The notes: generated by a model not told the origin, from the sequence alone. A DNA stretch of 63,751 nt, filler included, from Vannella sp. (GCA_023345925.1; 7 parts of 7 records of this genome joined end to end with filler, not necessarily neighbours in it), one strand, 5' to 3'. Shown: positions 43,770 through 56,724, numbered from the whole stretch's first letter. Numbers and translations are program-made.

Positions 43770-44579
43770 ATGGTCCGTTTGGGTGTACTGGGAGTGGGGA
43801 CGATTGCGCGATGTGTTCTGGAAGGTTTATGTTCCGCGTTTGCTGCGGGGGAGTGTCCTGAAGGCGTGGAAAGCAAAGTGTTCATCTCGAGTAGAAGTCA
43901 GGCGAACGCTCACGCCTTGGCGACGGCGTACCCGTCTTTTATCGAGATAAAGGAGGACAACGCCGCGATTGTCGGCTCCTGTGAGTGGCTGATCATCTCT
44001 GTTCGGCCAGAGCAAGTAGAGGAGCTATGTAAGGGTCTCCCCTTCCGCGAGGACCAGATCATCCTCAACTTTGTGTCCGCCGTCCTCAGCGAGGACGATG
44101 CTCATCGCTTCCTTGCTCCTGCCAAGCAGATTGTACGTGTATCGCCGTATCCTAGCTCAAAGAACAGATTGGGGCCTATCTTGATGCTTCATGCTCCTGG
44201 TGGGTTGGTGGAGACCCTTTTGGGGTTGGTGGGGGACGTGGTGAAGGTGGACACGATGGATCAGTTCATTTCTATGCAATCTGGATCTTGTTTCATGGCC
44301 CCCTTCTACCAGGCCCTCGAGAGCATCACAACATGGCTGGAGAGCGAAAACATCGAACGCGAGAAGGCTTCTCTCTTTGTTGGCTCGCTTGTTCACGCTT
44401 TTGCTCACGATGCCAAGCAACAAGAAGGAAGAGGCTTCTCTGAGATCACCGCAGAGTCCCAAACCAAAGGAGGGATGAACGAACAAGCTCTCAACAGTCT
44501 CCATCAAGCAGGTGCTTACGACGCTCTTCAAGCTGCTTTGACAGGTCTAGTGCAACGAGTCAAAGCAAACAAGAAGTAA
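43770..44579 (+). CDS. Pyrroline-5-carboxylate reductase-like (bacterial-type ProC family), intronless
   Basis: RLGVLGVGTIA Rossmann motif, IISVRPEQ, SQTKGGMNEQ. Confidence 0.8.
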   Translation: MVRLGVLGVGTIARCVLEGLCSAFAAGECPEGVESKVFISSRSQANAHALATAYPSFIEIKEDNAAIVGSCEWLIISVRPEQVEELCKGLPFREDQIILNFVSAVLSEDDAHRFLAPAKQIVRVSPYPSSKNRLGPILMLHAPGGLVETLLGLVGDVVKVDTMDQFISMQSGSCFMAPFYQALESITTWLESENIEREKASLFVGSLVHAFAHDAKQQEGRGFSEITAESQTKGGMNEQALNSLHQAGAYDALQAALTGLVQRVKANKK

Positions 44580-44636
44580 TAAAGCAGGAGCGCGCGTCTC
44601 CCGTCCATTTGCAGGCCGCGGGACCGAGAGGGAGGC

Positions 44637-46292
44637 ATGAACGCCCTTGGGAACCTTGTCACGAAGCCCAGGCGCATCTTCTACCACTTCTCTCTCGTGG
44701 GAGAGATGCAAAAGGCATTGTCCCCATGTGGGTCGGTGGCAAAGGTGCCTTTTGCTGAGCGGAGATGGAGGAAGAAGTCGGCATGTTCTCACCCCCTCGA
44801 GAGCCGCCTTAACTCGATCCTCTTCGCCCCGACTCTCGATCTGGATGCAAAGATAGCTTCTATAGTAGAGGATGCACATGCAGAGATCGATGACCTTGTC
44901 AGGGACAACTCGTATGGACGAGCCACCAACTCGCTCGTTATGGCCGTCATCTCCTCGCTCCGTTACTCCGGGGATACCGCTCAGCTGAGAGCCACACTAC
45001 GTAGGATGCATAAGAAAGACATACCCGTTGTTCTGTTCTTCCAAAGGCTCGTCAGTGTGGTCCTCAGTCGAGCAGAAGTCGAAGAGAGTCTGCTGATCTA
45101 TCAAGAGATGAAGGATTACGGCCTCGTCCCCTCCAATCGATGCTATGCAGAACTCATAAGCGCTCTTGGTAGTAGTGAGACACACTTTAAGACCATCAAT
45201 GGCATCCTGAAGGACATGAAAGAGGCGAAAGTGCCTGTCACCACACACATGATGAACTGTCTGCTCCCCTCCTGGCTTCAGAGCATATCCAATGCAATGG
45301 AACAAAGCGGGCAATCCCTAAACCTCGTGCGATCTTCCTTCTCCTTCCTCCAACGCTACCAAGTGAAACCAGACCAACGCACTTTTCAGATTCTCCTTGC
45401 ATATGCACCCAGTATGGCCCAAGTGAACGATGTCCGCAACTACATGTCTCAAGATAACGTTCAAGTCACTCCAGGCATCCGTACGAGCATTGTTCGCACC
45501 TATTTTCGACTTGGAGAGGGTTTAAAGGTCGTTCAGGCGATCCAGAACCGCGCCTATCTCCATACAGATGTGACTCTGAGAGGTATATCAGATCGTGCAC
45601 CGTACATTCGTAAAGCCCCCATCATCCCTGAAATATCCCCGGAGATAATTGGCAGTGTAGTGCCTGAACTCACTAATGAGGTTCTGCGCTGCTGTCACGA
45701 ATTCACCTACGGCCCATTCTTAGCTTCGAATGTGTGGAGAACGATGGAGGATATGCTTTTCTCTCCATCCCAGTCCACTTGTAGGAGTTTGCTCATAACG
45801 CATCGGATCTCCATGTCTCAATTGGAACAGGTTGCTCCTCAATACAGGAGTCTGAAGAAGGCCAATGTTATCTCTGATGTCTATCCCGAGGAAATTCAAG
45901 AAGGCATTATCAAGCGCCTCTGGAAGGAGATTCTTTCAATCCATCCTCATCCAGGACGTCCTCTTGTGATGACTTATTTGTCCACGTTAGCCTCCTGCGG
46001 GTTACAGAAGGAGATTCTCGTCGAGTTCGCCAACTTTGACTCCTACGGACTCAAATACGTCCCTTCCTCCTTCGAACGCGTTTTGAAATATCTCGGAAAG
46101 GTGTCAAAGCCAAGCTCTCTCGCTCTTGTTAATCTCATGCACACGCACTACGGATTCTCCTTGGATGAGATGCGTAAGACCATTCCCAAGTGGACAAGAG
46201 GAGCTGTCTCGTCGTCGTCCGTGATGGCACTGAAACCAGAGTCCCTGTCCAAGGAGGAACTCCTCCAGGCCGCCATTGATCCCCTTCCTTGA
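44637..46292 (+). CDS. Pentatricopeptide-repeat-like organellar protein
   Basis: IYQEMKDYGLVPSNRCYAELISAL, LKDMKEAKVPVTTHMMNCLL, VKPDQRTFQILL. Confidence 0.7.
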   Translation: MNALGNLVTKPRRIFYHFSLVGEMQKALSPCGSVAKVPFAERRWRKKSACSHPLESRLNSILFAPTLDLDAKIASIVEDAHAEIDDLVRDNSYGRATNSLVMAVISSLRYSGDTAQLRATLRRMHKKDIPVVLFFQRLVSVVLSRAEVEESLLIYQEMKDYGLVPSNRCYAELISALGSSETHFKTINGILKDMKEAKVPVTTHMMNCLLPSWLQSISNAMEQSGQSLNLVRSSFSFLQRYQVKPDQRTFQILLAYAPSMAQVNDVRNYMSQDNVQVTPGIRTSIVRTYFRLGEGLKVVQAIQNRAYLHTDVTLRGISDRAPYIRKAPIIPEISPEIIGSVVPELTNEVLRCCHEFTYGPFLASNVWRTMEDMLFSPSQSTCRSLLITHRISMSQLEQVAPQYRSLKKANVISDVYPEEIQEGIIKRLWKEILSIHPHPGRPLVMTYLSTLASCGLQKEILVEFANFDSYGLKYVPSSFERVLKYLGKVSKPSSLALVNLMHTHYGFSLDEMRKTIPKWTRGAVSSSSVMALKPESLSKEELLQAAIDPLP

Positions 46293-46351
46293 AAGAGAAC
46301 CCCCACCCTAACTAGCACACTCATAAAGCATCTTCTGAGGAATGAGAGTCC

Positions 46352-47471
46352 TTATTGGTCGTCTTCTTCCTGCAAATACTTGTTCCAAGCAGCTTCTCGA
46401 AGCTTTTTCTGCTCCTCCGACTCGTCCACCTTGTAATTCGTAAAGCCATCGTAGTAGAAAGCAGTGATCTTCTTCTGTGCAAAGAACCGGCCGTCCATCA
46501 CCTCAATACAACGCGCCGCCGCCACAGAATCTGCGAATTTGATGGTCACAACTCCTTCCGGGTTGTTTTCGAACACAGCAACAAGCTCCACCTCTCCATA
46601 CTTTGAACACTCCTCTTTGATGTCTTCTTTCATGTCTTTCACAAAGTTGAGATCCGTCTACATGTCGTTTGAGTCAGTCTCACTGTAAAGTTGGCACTGC
46701 ACCGGGGTGGACTTACCCAGGCATCCTTGGGATCAAACAGACCCTTTAACACCACGTGGACACGGGTTTCTTCTTCCCAGGAGAGATCCCTTGAAGGTGT
46801 GAGTGAGGAAGGGCTGGAAGGAACGAGATACTCACTTGGATTGATCAAACCGGATCTTCTTTCTCTTCGGTGCTGTTCCCCCCTGGCTCTTCTCCTTCTT
46901 TTCTCTCTTCTTCTTCTTGTTTGGTTTGGCCTGAAGGAGGTGTCAGTCCCACTGGCCAAGCCAAAAGAGGAGAACTCACCTCGGACACTCGGACGAGATG
47001 CTTGTAACGGAAGTCAGCGGCGTCAAACAGCTGAATGGCCAGAGGAACAGAGTCCGGAAGGAAGTAAGAGATGATAGCGTCACCCTTGAGCGTGCCGTCC
47101 TCGTCCTTGTAGAGTTTGATCAAGTATTCTCCCGTGTACTCATCGCGCCTGATGATACCAGCCTTACTGAATACCTGGTGGACCTCCTCTAAGGTTGTAT
47201 CGCGTGGTAAGTCTTGTACGTAGATGGCAGAAGGTCGTTTGTCCTTGATAACCTTCTTCTTAGGCGCTGGAAGAACATCCTCGGCCTCCTCATCCACAAA
47301 CACGCGCTTCCCAACGTACACCGGCTGTTCAGGCACTCCCATCTCCTCCTCATGGAAAGGGAACCACTCTTTCTTGATGAAGTCCCAGCTCCAAAGCGCC
47401 TCCTTCTCATCCAAGTAGATAAACGGGTTCTCCCCTGAAGGGTGGGTTGTGGGGTCGTGGCTTGGGGCCAT
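46352..47471 (-). CDS. HTATSF1: HTATSF1/Cus2 U2 snRNP-associated RRM+UHM protein
   Basis: AIYVQDLP, IKLYKDEDGTLKGDA, EECSKYG, NPEGVV, MDGRFFA. Confidence 0.87.
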
Positions 47472-47565
47472 CGATATAATGAGGAGCTCTCTCGGTCTGT
47501 AACCAAGCTTGTAAAATTCTGGTTCCAACAGGGTCAATCGGAGGACACTTTTTCTTCACCTTGAG

Positions 47566-49528
47566 ATGCTGCGCGCCGCTTCCACCGGTCTGCAGGTAGG
47601 TTGGGGAAGAAGAGGGAGAAGCGTATGATGATCTTTCTGTGTCTGACTATTGTCTGAATAGACTCGCCATGCTGCGGCCTTTGCCAAACAGTGCATGACT
47701 GCGTCTGTGTCCATGAGCCCCCTTGAAGGACACAACAAACTTGATTATCAAAAGGTGGAGAACACTTTGAAGATCGTTCGGTGAGTTAATATAGGCTTCC
47801 CTTCCAGTCAGGCACAGTCTCTACCTTCAATCGAAGCATGCAAGTCGCTTGTTGCTGAGGAGGGGCCAGTATGGAAGAGTGCATCACTAACGCTTGGTTT
47901 TATTTGATTTATTAGAGACCGATTGAACCGCCCTCTTACACTGGGAGAGAAGATCCTCTATGGACGCTTGGAAGACCCCAAAGGCCAAGATATCGAGCGT
48001 GGAGAGAGCTACTTGCGCCTCCGACCCGACCGTGTTGCTATGCAGGACGCTACCGCTCAGATGGCGATGCTTCAGTTCATCTCCTCAGGCTTGAAGACCA
48101 CTCAAGTCCCTGCCACCATCCACTGCGACCACTTGATTAGTGCTCACAAGGGTGCTCAAGAGGACACAAACATTGCCAAGGACTTGAACAGAGAGGTCTA
48201 CGACTTCCTTGCCACTGGTGGTGCCAAGTATGGACTCGGATTCTGGGGCCCTGGTAGCGGTATCATCCACCAGATTGTCTTGGAGAACTACGCTTTCCCT
48301 GGAGGTTTGATGATTGGAACAGACAGCCACACTCCCAACGCTGGAGGACTCGGAATGGTCGCTATTGGTGTTGGTGGTGCTGATGCTGTGGATGTGATGG
48401 CTGGCCTTCCTTGGGAGCTCAAGGCCCCCCGTTACATCGGTGTCCACCTCAAGGGCAAGCTCAACGGCTGGGCTGCCCCTAAGGACGTCATCCTCAAGTT
48501 GGCTGGTATTCTAACCGTCAAGGGAGGAACCGGCTTCATTGTGGAGTACTTTGGATCTGGCGTCAAGTCTATCTCGTGCACTGGCATGGGCACCATCTGC
48601 AACATGGGTGCTGAGATTGGAGCCACCACTTCTGTCTTCCCTTACAATGAGCGCATGGCTGCCTACCTCAAATCCACCTTCCGTGAGGATATCGCCAAGG
48701 AGGCTAACAGATTCCAGGACCTTCTGACTGCTGACGAAGGCGCCAAGTACGATGAAGTCATCGAGATTGATCTCGACACCCTTGAGCCCCATGTGAACGG
48801 CCCCTTCACTCCTGATTTGGCCCACTCTGTATCTGACTTTGCTGCTGCCGTCAAACAAAACGACTGGCCCGCTAAGCTGTCCGCTGGTCTGATCGGCAGT
48901 TGCACCAACAGCTCCTACGAGGACATGTCTCGCGCTGCTAACCTCGCCCAGCAGGCTTTCGCTGTTGGTATCAAGGCTAAGATCCCTTTCCATATCACTC
49001 CTGGCTCTGAACAGGTGCGAGCAACCATTGCACGTGATGGACAGATGGCGGCCCTTCAAGCTGTTGGTGGTAACGTGCTCGCCAACGCTTGCGGACCTTG
49101 CATTGGTCAGTGGAACCGTGAAGATGTCCCCAAGGGTACCAGAAACTCCATCGTCACTTCCTTCAACCGTAACTTCCGCCGAAGGAACGACGGTAACCCC
49201 GAGACCCACGCCTTTGTGTCCTCTCCCGAGATGGTGACCGCTCTTGTGCTTGCTGGAGACATCACCTTCAATCCCATGACCGATACCATCAAGGACGCTC
49301 AGGGCAATGACTTCAAGTTCCAGCCACCCACTGGCAAGGAGCTCCCTGACCAGTTCTTCGACCCTGGTGAGAACACTTACCAGGCCCCCGTCGAGGATGG
49401 CTCCAAGGTTCAAGTTGTTGTCAAGTCTGATAGCAACCGCCTGCAATTGCTCGAACCCTTCAAGTCTTGGGACAAGAAGGACCTGATTGACATGCCCATC
49501 CTCATCAAAGCCCGTGGCAAGTGCACTA
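47566..49528 (+). CDS. ACO2: Mitochondrial aconitase, 3' truncated by linker (2 introns)
   Basis: [43 protein letters not shown]. Confidence 0.97.
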
Positions 49529-49628
49529 NNNNNNNNNNNNNNNNNNNNNNNNNNNNNNNNNNNNNNNNNNNNTTAATTAATTAANNNNNNNNNNNNNNNN
49601 NNNNNNNNNNNNNNNNNNNNNNNNNNNN
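49529..49628. other. Artificial contig linker
   Basis: N/TTAATTAATTAA/N. Confidence 0.98.
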
Positions 49629-52600
49629 GGTTGTGTTCCCTCCTTCCACCGCCGCGCTGACAGATATCCCTCCTTACGAGCGCAAGATCAACTGGCTTGA
49701 CGAATTGGGGAAATCTCCTCTTTACTGGGCTATAGTGAAGAATGACACAAGCTTCCTGAAGTCGCTTCTGCGCGGTGACGCGGAGGTGAATCAGGCCTGT
49801 TCGATGTGTGGTCTCACTCCCCTCGAGGTTGCAGTTGACAAACAGTACAATGATGTAATTGCTATTCTTCTAGAGGCTGGTGCCTCTCTCCCGATCAACC
49901 TGCAAGGAGCGATGGACTACAACAAGATTGTTGCGGAGTATCGCCAAAAGTCCCAGGTGGAGTTGGAGGCGGATGTCTCTAACGCTTTAAGAAAGCGAGA
50001 TGAGTCTCTGAACCTCAACTTCTATTACTTTCATTCGCTCCCCTCGAACATGAGCTCGCTTACCCACATCACCGAACTGAGCTTGTCCTTCAACAACATC
50101 CTTCGCCTGCCTCCTGCGATCTCCCAGATGGTGAATCTGGTGGGCTTAGACCTCTCACATAACGTCATGCTGTCACTACCGTCAGCAATCAACGGGTTGA
50201 AGGACCTCAAGACCCTGAACTGTTCCTACAATTTCTTGAACGCCTTCCCGAAGATTCAGGACCTGAACCAGCTCACATCACTGAACCTCTCACACAATCA
50301 GATACCTTCTCTCAATGTGGTGATATCGCAACTGTTCCGCCTGCTTAAATGTGACTTTTCGCATAACCTCATCGAAAAGCTGCCAAAGTACCTGGCAGAG
50401 CTGTCTGGTATGGATTACCTCAATCTATCTAACAACTGCATTCTCGATATGCGAGAGTTTCCTTTCCAGCTCTTCAATGCACTTCGAGTTCTCAATATTT
50501 CGTTCAATCGGATCTCTGAGTTGCCTTACGACACGATTATGAGCTTGGGGATTCTTAAGAAGTTGGTGTTCTGCAATAACGCGCTTCCGACGCCGTTCTA
50601 CCGCATTCTGAAATGCTTCTTCTTCAAAGAGACGAACAAGACTCTGAATCTCTCCGGTCTTGGACTGAAAGAGGTCCCTCTGGAGGTGCGCCATTTAACT
50701 TGGTTAACGGAGTTGAACCTTTCGAACAATCAACTCAGCGCGCTCCCAACAGAAGTGGGAAACCTGGTTGAGCTTCGCGTTTTGGACATTTCGTACAACG
50801 CATTGATTGAAGTGCTTCCACTGTTCTTCCATCGGTTCTCCAAACTCGAAGTTCTCAATATTGAAGAGCTCCCTGCGCTGAGTGACCCTCCCCGGTCTGT
50901 CACAGAGCGAGGAATCAAGTCTGTCATGCGACACTTTGAAGACTTGCTCGAGGGTGAGCCGTGCTACCGCACCAAACTCATGCTCGTTGGTCAGGAGAAT
51001 GTCGGAAAGACAACGTTACTTCACGCGATGCAGCAGCAGCAAAAGAAGCTCAAAGGAAAGAGACAGAATATCTCAACCGATGGTATTGACATTGCGCAAT
51101 GGGTTGTCAAGACGGCAGATAAGAAGGTTCTCACTTTCTCGGCGTGGGACTTTGCGGGGCAAGAGATCTACTACGCCACTCACAGTTTCTTCTTATCCTC
51201 AAAAGCGATCTACCTCATTATCTGGGATCTTCGTTATCCAGCAGAGAACGCACGTGTTAGCTTCTGGCTCAACTCTGTTGAGACGCGAGCGTCTAATGCT
51301 CCAGTCATCCTTGTGGGCACTCACTATGATGACCCCATGTTCCAAGACGACGATGGTCAAAAGATCACGCAAATCCTCACTGATGTGAGTAACAAGTACC
51401 GTGCGCGGCATCCAAACATCCGCAATGTCATTGCTGTGAGCAACACAGAGTATGATGGTATCGAACAGCTGATGGAGATTCTCGAGTCCACCGCTCTTTC
51501 GATGCCAAATATCATGGATAAGCTTCCTAAGATCTACCAGAACCTTGAAGATTTGATTCTCATTGAAAAGGATACCCGTAATCCTCCCGCTGTCAATTGG
51601 GACCAGTTTGCTCATGATATTGCTTCCAAGGTGAACTTTAAGGACGAAGAGCACTTGATGCAAGCCACTGAGTTCTTGAATAACCTTGGAAGCGTTGTCT
51701 TCTTTGGTGACATGCAGTCGCGAGAGGGACTGGTAGTTCTCGACCCCCAGTGGCTCACTTCAATGTTCGCTTCTATTATCACCACCTCGCACAGCTACAC
51801 GCAGAAGGGAATGATGGCGAAGAGTATTCTACCCCAGATCTGGAGGCCACCTCGGTACCCTCCCTCTCTTCACGACTCCCTCATTAAGCTACTGAAGGAC
51901 TTTGAGATTATTTATGAGCTGCCCGCTCCAGCTGACGCAAAGGAAGTGAAGGACGTTATTTATCTTATTCCCAGTCTGTTACCGGAAGATCGTCCGGAGA
52001 TTGAGATCCTCTGGCCGACCTTTGACGCAGCTTCTGCCGATTCAGAGTTCAATCGCAATTATACCATCGAGTTCATTCCTAATGGGCTCTTCAGCAAGCT
52101 GATGGTCCGCCTTCTGCACTTTGTTGACACTCCTCTCAAGTACTGGCGAACAGGAATGATTGGCCAGCGTGGGAATGCTAAGGGCTTTGTTGAGTTGGTC
52201 GATCACACTGTCCACTTCACAACCCGTGGAGAGCAATCTGCTGAGTTCCTGCGCGTTATCACGGAGATCGTGGACACGCTAATCACAGACTTCTTCAAGG
52301 TGCGCATTTGCGCCATATTTATTCGTTGTCCCCATTGCATGGCACAAAGAAGTCCCAAGCCCTTCCACTTTGAGCTGGAGGACTGCGAGCATGCGGCTGC
52401 TTTAGGAAACGTTCGTTCTATCGATTGTACAGCAGGAAGTCCCTATCCTATTCGACTAGATCGTATTGTACCAGATATTGCAATGGCAGACTTTGACGGA
52501 AGCCAAGTCAACTACAAGGATATTGTCATTGAAAAGACTCTTGGCAAGGGTTCTTTCGGAGTCATTTACAGAGGCCTTTGGAAAGGCGATGTAGTTGCAG

Positions 52601-54787
52601 TTAAACAGCTCAAGGTGGAGGCGGACATGGCTCTCGAGGCCTATGCAGAGTTCCGTAAGGAGGTTTGGCTGATGAGTGGATTAGATCATCCTTGCATCGT
52701 TAATTTACTTGGTTACTGTACCAACCCGTTAGTGATGGTGATGGAATGCGTTACTGGAGGTGACTTGTACGCTTTCATTCACAACGCTGACATTACAATT
52801 GACTGGCACGTGCGCATGAAGATCACCCTTGACATGGCCTACGGACTGGAGTATATGCACGGCATCAACCCGCCGCTCCTTCATCGCGATCTCAAATCGC
52901 CCAATGTGTTGGTAATGAAGTATGAGGAGGGCGCATCTGTTATCGCCAAAATAGCAGACTTTGGACTGTCCTCTCGCCTGTTCGTGGATACATTGCAGAA
53001 CCGAGCTGTTGAGAACCCAACGTGGTGTGCTCCAGAGGTTATGGTGCGCAAAGTCTATTCAGAAGCAGCAGACGTGTATCCCTTTGGTATTATGATGTGG
53101 GAATTGCTCACACGCGAGCATCCTTACGATAACTACCGCTTCCAGTTCCAGGTTGAAGATGATGTTCTTCGTGGAGTCCGTCCGGAAATCCCTGCGAAGG
53201 GTTGCTGGCCCGATTATGCTCAATTGATGAGCGAATGTTGGGATCCTGAGCCCTCCAAACGCCCCAACTTTAAGGTCATCTTGAAGAGGCTCCTTCAAAT
53301 GTTGGACGCAGAAATTGGCTTTGATAAGTTCCGATTCGCCCTTGATCCATGCGCAGGACTTTCTCGCAGGCTGGAATCCACCACAGGAGTCATTACAGAT
53401 GCCTTGAAGGTGGTGGAGGAGCAGACTGTGATTATTCAAGGAAGCTTGCTCAAAGAAATCAACACTGGGATGGAGGTTCACTGCTTGTTGGGAGAAAACA
53501 AACAAGTGTGGTGCGGCACTTCAGATGGGTTCATTCTGGTATTCTCAGCGCTGAGTGGCGACTATTACACCACTTATGTGTCTCCACGAGGCTGTGTCTA
53601 CTCTCTGATGAATGCAGAAGGGCGAATATGGTCTGGAGGAGTGGATAGCGTGGGTATTTGGAAGACGGAAGACATTTCAAAGGAAGAAGTCTACACGAAT
53701 GAGCTCAAGTCGGGATCTCTTCTCGTCAGTATCGTCAACAATGACAAGAAGAAGTTTAAAAAGGGCAGTGCCCGTTGGGTCGTCCTCTCAAGAGACGGCA
53801 ATCTCAAGTACTTTGTCAATCAGAGTGACCAAACGCCAGCAGCCTTTACTAATCTTAAAGGAGCAAGCGTTGAAGTCCTCAAGACGAAAGGCAAAGGCAA
53901 AAGCCGCTTCCTACTCTCTCTTCCGGGAATAGTCGTCAGTTTACAGTGTTTAACTGACGAAGAGATGAACGCTTGGGCAGAGGCCATTCGAGGAATCTCC
54001 ACCATGCTTGGGTCGTATCCCAGCAACCTTGAAGTAAGTTCTTTCGTGGTGTTACACGACATCAGAGAAGCTCACTGAAACTGCTTCCAGATTGTCAAGA
54101 AGCTTCCAACTGGTAACGAACAAATCAGGTGCATGGCGTCTTGCAACCAACAGACTATTCTCGGGTTTGCTGACAGCACAGAAATCCGCGTTGTGGATGG
54201 CATGGTAAGGACCTCTCCATTCATTCCCTCTTCTATCTGATACTCACTTTGCCAAAGCTGCGGTCAAAACCTTCTATTTCCTTCACAGAGAGTCTCCCTG
54301 GCCGTATTTCCATCAACAACTTGATTGTGCACGCGGGCATTATCTGGGCTTCTGCCAACAACCGGCTCCTGAAGATCAACGCACGAGTAAGGACTCGCAT
54401 TTGGGATAAGAAGGTGTCTTACGCTGTCTCTAGACGCATGCAGTCCAAGCTGTCCTTCAAGAGAAGCATCGGGAGCCCATAACGCATGTGTGCATTGTGG
54501 GTACAGAGCTCTGGACGTGTGCAGGGCTGGAAATCTGCTGCTGGGAGCAGAAGAACGGGCGTTTCCTTCATTCTATGATGGCGAAAGAGAGGATAGGATC
54601 TCTTCTCCTCGTGGGAGACCACGTTTGGCTTGGTGGAGAGCCTTCCATCTTTGTTTACGACCGCAAAACGCGCGACCTCACCTCCACTCTTCAAGGCCAC
54701 AAGGCAACAGTGCAAAGCATGGTATTGGTGTCTGGCCCGAGAGTGTGGACCATCTCCACAGACGGAGTCATTTGCGTCTGGAACTAA
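49629..54787 (+). CDS. Roco/LRRK-type kinase: ANK-LRR-Roc-COR-TKL kinase-WD40 with PH insert; 5' truncated
   Basis: GQENVGKT, WDFAGQ, VGTH, LDPQWL, GKGSFG, HRDLKSPN, DFG; WD-like strands; RWVVL...LKYF...WAEAIR. Confidence 0.92.
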
Positions 54788-54858
54788 CCTAACTACCCAC
54801 TCCACCGTCCCTCAGAGGACCATTGCCGGACACGAGAGTCAATGAAACACATTTATGA

Positions 54859-56585
54859 TTAGATGCCGATGCCACCAATCCCCGCATTGAGAATCATCGC
54901 TTTCTCCTCGTCGTGGGCGACGGTGTAGGACCTTTGCAGGAAGGCCGAGAAGTCAAAGTCGTCATTGACGCGGTCACAAAACAGTTTGAAATGGGGATTG
55001 GTCACGGTTTGAGTCACCTCGTTTTGAAGAGTGTCCTCCAGGAAGTCCACAATACTCCATTTCTGGCTTTTGGTGAATCCATGAAAGTGTTTGTGGAGGT
55101 CCTCGTTCTTGGTGGCCTCCAACAGCTCTTTGCAACCTTCCTGCATGTGAGAACCGGGGCAACGCATCACTGACAGGAAGGGCACTCACCAAGTAAGTAG
55201 AGGAAGACGCATTGCTTCCCTTCTATCACATTGCAGATCGTTCGGAGTTCCGTGATGGAATTCTGTGCGGCTTTGATGGAGCTTAAATCAGCCCAATAGA
55301 CGACAATCTCCGCGTCATCAAAGTGAGAGATCCATCTTCTCATGCTCCCTGCGATGTTGTCGGTCCAAAGGAATCTGAGCCGTTGGTGAGGAAGCTTGAA
55401 AGCTCCGCGGGGAGGGAAACTCACTTGAAGACCATCGCTCCAATCTTCACGGTGATGTTGTTGATCATGGGAGGTAATATCTGATGAAGGTGATGATAAT
55501 GGATGATATCTGGCTTGAAGGAGGGGCTGGTGAGTTGCCCCAGGTTCTCCAGAAGACTGAATTCCCGTTAGATTTGCTTTCCAGCCTCGCCTTGACTTAC
55601 AATAGGATCGAGGACCGCTTTGGGCTGAAGAAGGTGAGGTTGTGAGTAGCTTCCTGGATCTGAGGCTCCTGCCACAGAGCCAGGAGGTCCTTGGCTAGGG
55701 CAGAGATACTTCCTTCTTGTGACTTGTCCATGATCACCTCAACGATCCTCTCCCCGCGACTCTGCTGCTCAGCAGGTAGAAGGTGATAGGTTTCCAGTAC
55801 TTGCATAGACTTGAGGATCTGATTGACCACCTCACCAAGGAAGAACGTGAAGGTTCTTTGGTAGAGCAGTCGGGTTCGTTCTTCGCCCTCTGTGACTCCA
55901 GACACGCCAAAACGGAAGTATGCTTGTCCGTCTTGGCATCCAGTAATGAGCGTTCTCATAAAGAGCTCGCGCGCGCCCTTCTTCCTCTCGTTCTCGAAGA
56001 TGAACTTTTCGATCTTCTTTGTGGTGGGGTCTGGCTTGCCTGGCTCACCACGCTTATGTGCGCCTTTCTCCTTGGCAATGATGGGTTCGTACTGCTTGGT
56101 GTACGCGTGGATGCTGCGCTTGGTGAGAAGGGAACCGCACATGAGCCTTCCACGTACCTTTTAATGACCTTTTGGAGCGCTTCTTCTTGTAAGGAGGCGT
56201 GCCAAGCTGCCTGAAGTTCATTGTACGCTTCAAATAGTGTAGCCCGAGGCGCAGTAGCGCAAATGGCGTCGTTATTGCTCTTACGACGGAGAGGGCCTGT
56301 GAGAGACCGAGACTGCTTCAGCTCGAGCTTCCTGCTCGGAATAATCTGTATAGAAGCACGACGGTCGGCTTGCCAAGCATTAGCACGCGTCTGTACCTCA
56401 GGAAGAGGGTTAGGACCGGAGATCTCGCTACCGCTTCGGCTCCGCGAGATAACGGGCTCCTCCGCCTTGCTCATCCTCAGCAGCTGACCAAGTCGACGAC
56501 TCATCCTGCTTTTACTTGCTGTACGGCTTCCCAGGTTCTTTGTACGGACTTTGGGGTCCGCTGACCACGTTGCCTCCGGATCCAT
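54859..56585 (-). CDS. Degenerate G-alpha-like protein with N-terminal extension (multi-exon)
   Basis: LLALWQEPQIQEA, LENLGQLTSPSFKP, RRWISHFDDAEIVVYWADLS; G1 and G3 motifs lost. Confidence 0.65.
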
Positions 56586-56724
56586 CCTCCCTTAAAATGA
56601 CCTTTTTCTCGGTCCTTGGGGGTGGGGACTGAATCTTAGGGTTGTGGTTCGACTTGTAATCGGTGTAGGAAGGTGTTGGGAGGGGAATGGGGGCTGCTAC
56701 ATCACTCTTTGTTGGTCTTGCGGG

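Noticed and set aside
47619..47660. ATGATGA...CTGA in aconitase intron 1 (similar motif in the RPL23A intron)
   Set aside because: Boxes only about 20 nt apart with no terminal stem; too short for a snoRNA
48085..49446. Long antisense ORFs over aconitase and similar shadows elsewhere
   Set aside because: Expected by-product of codon bias in highly expressed genes
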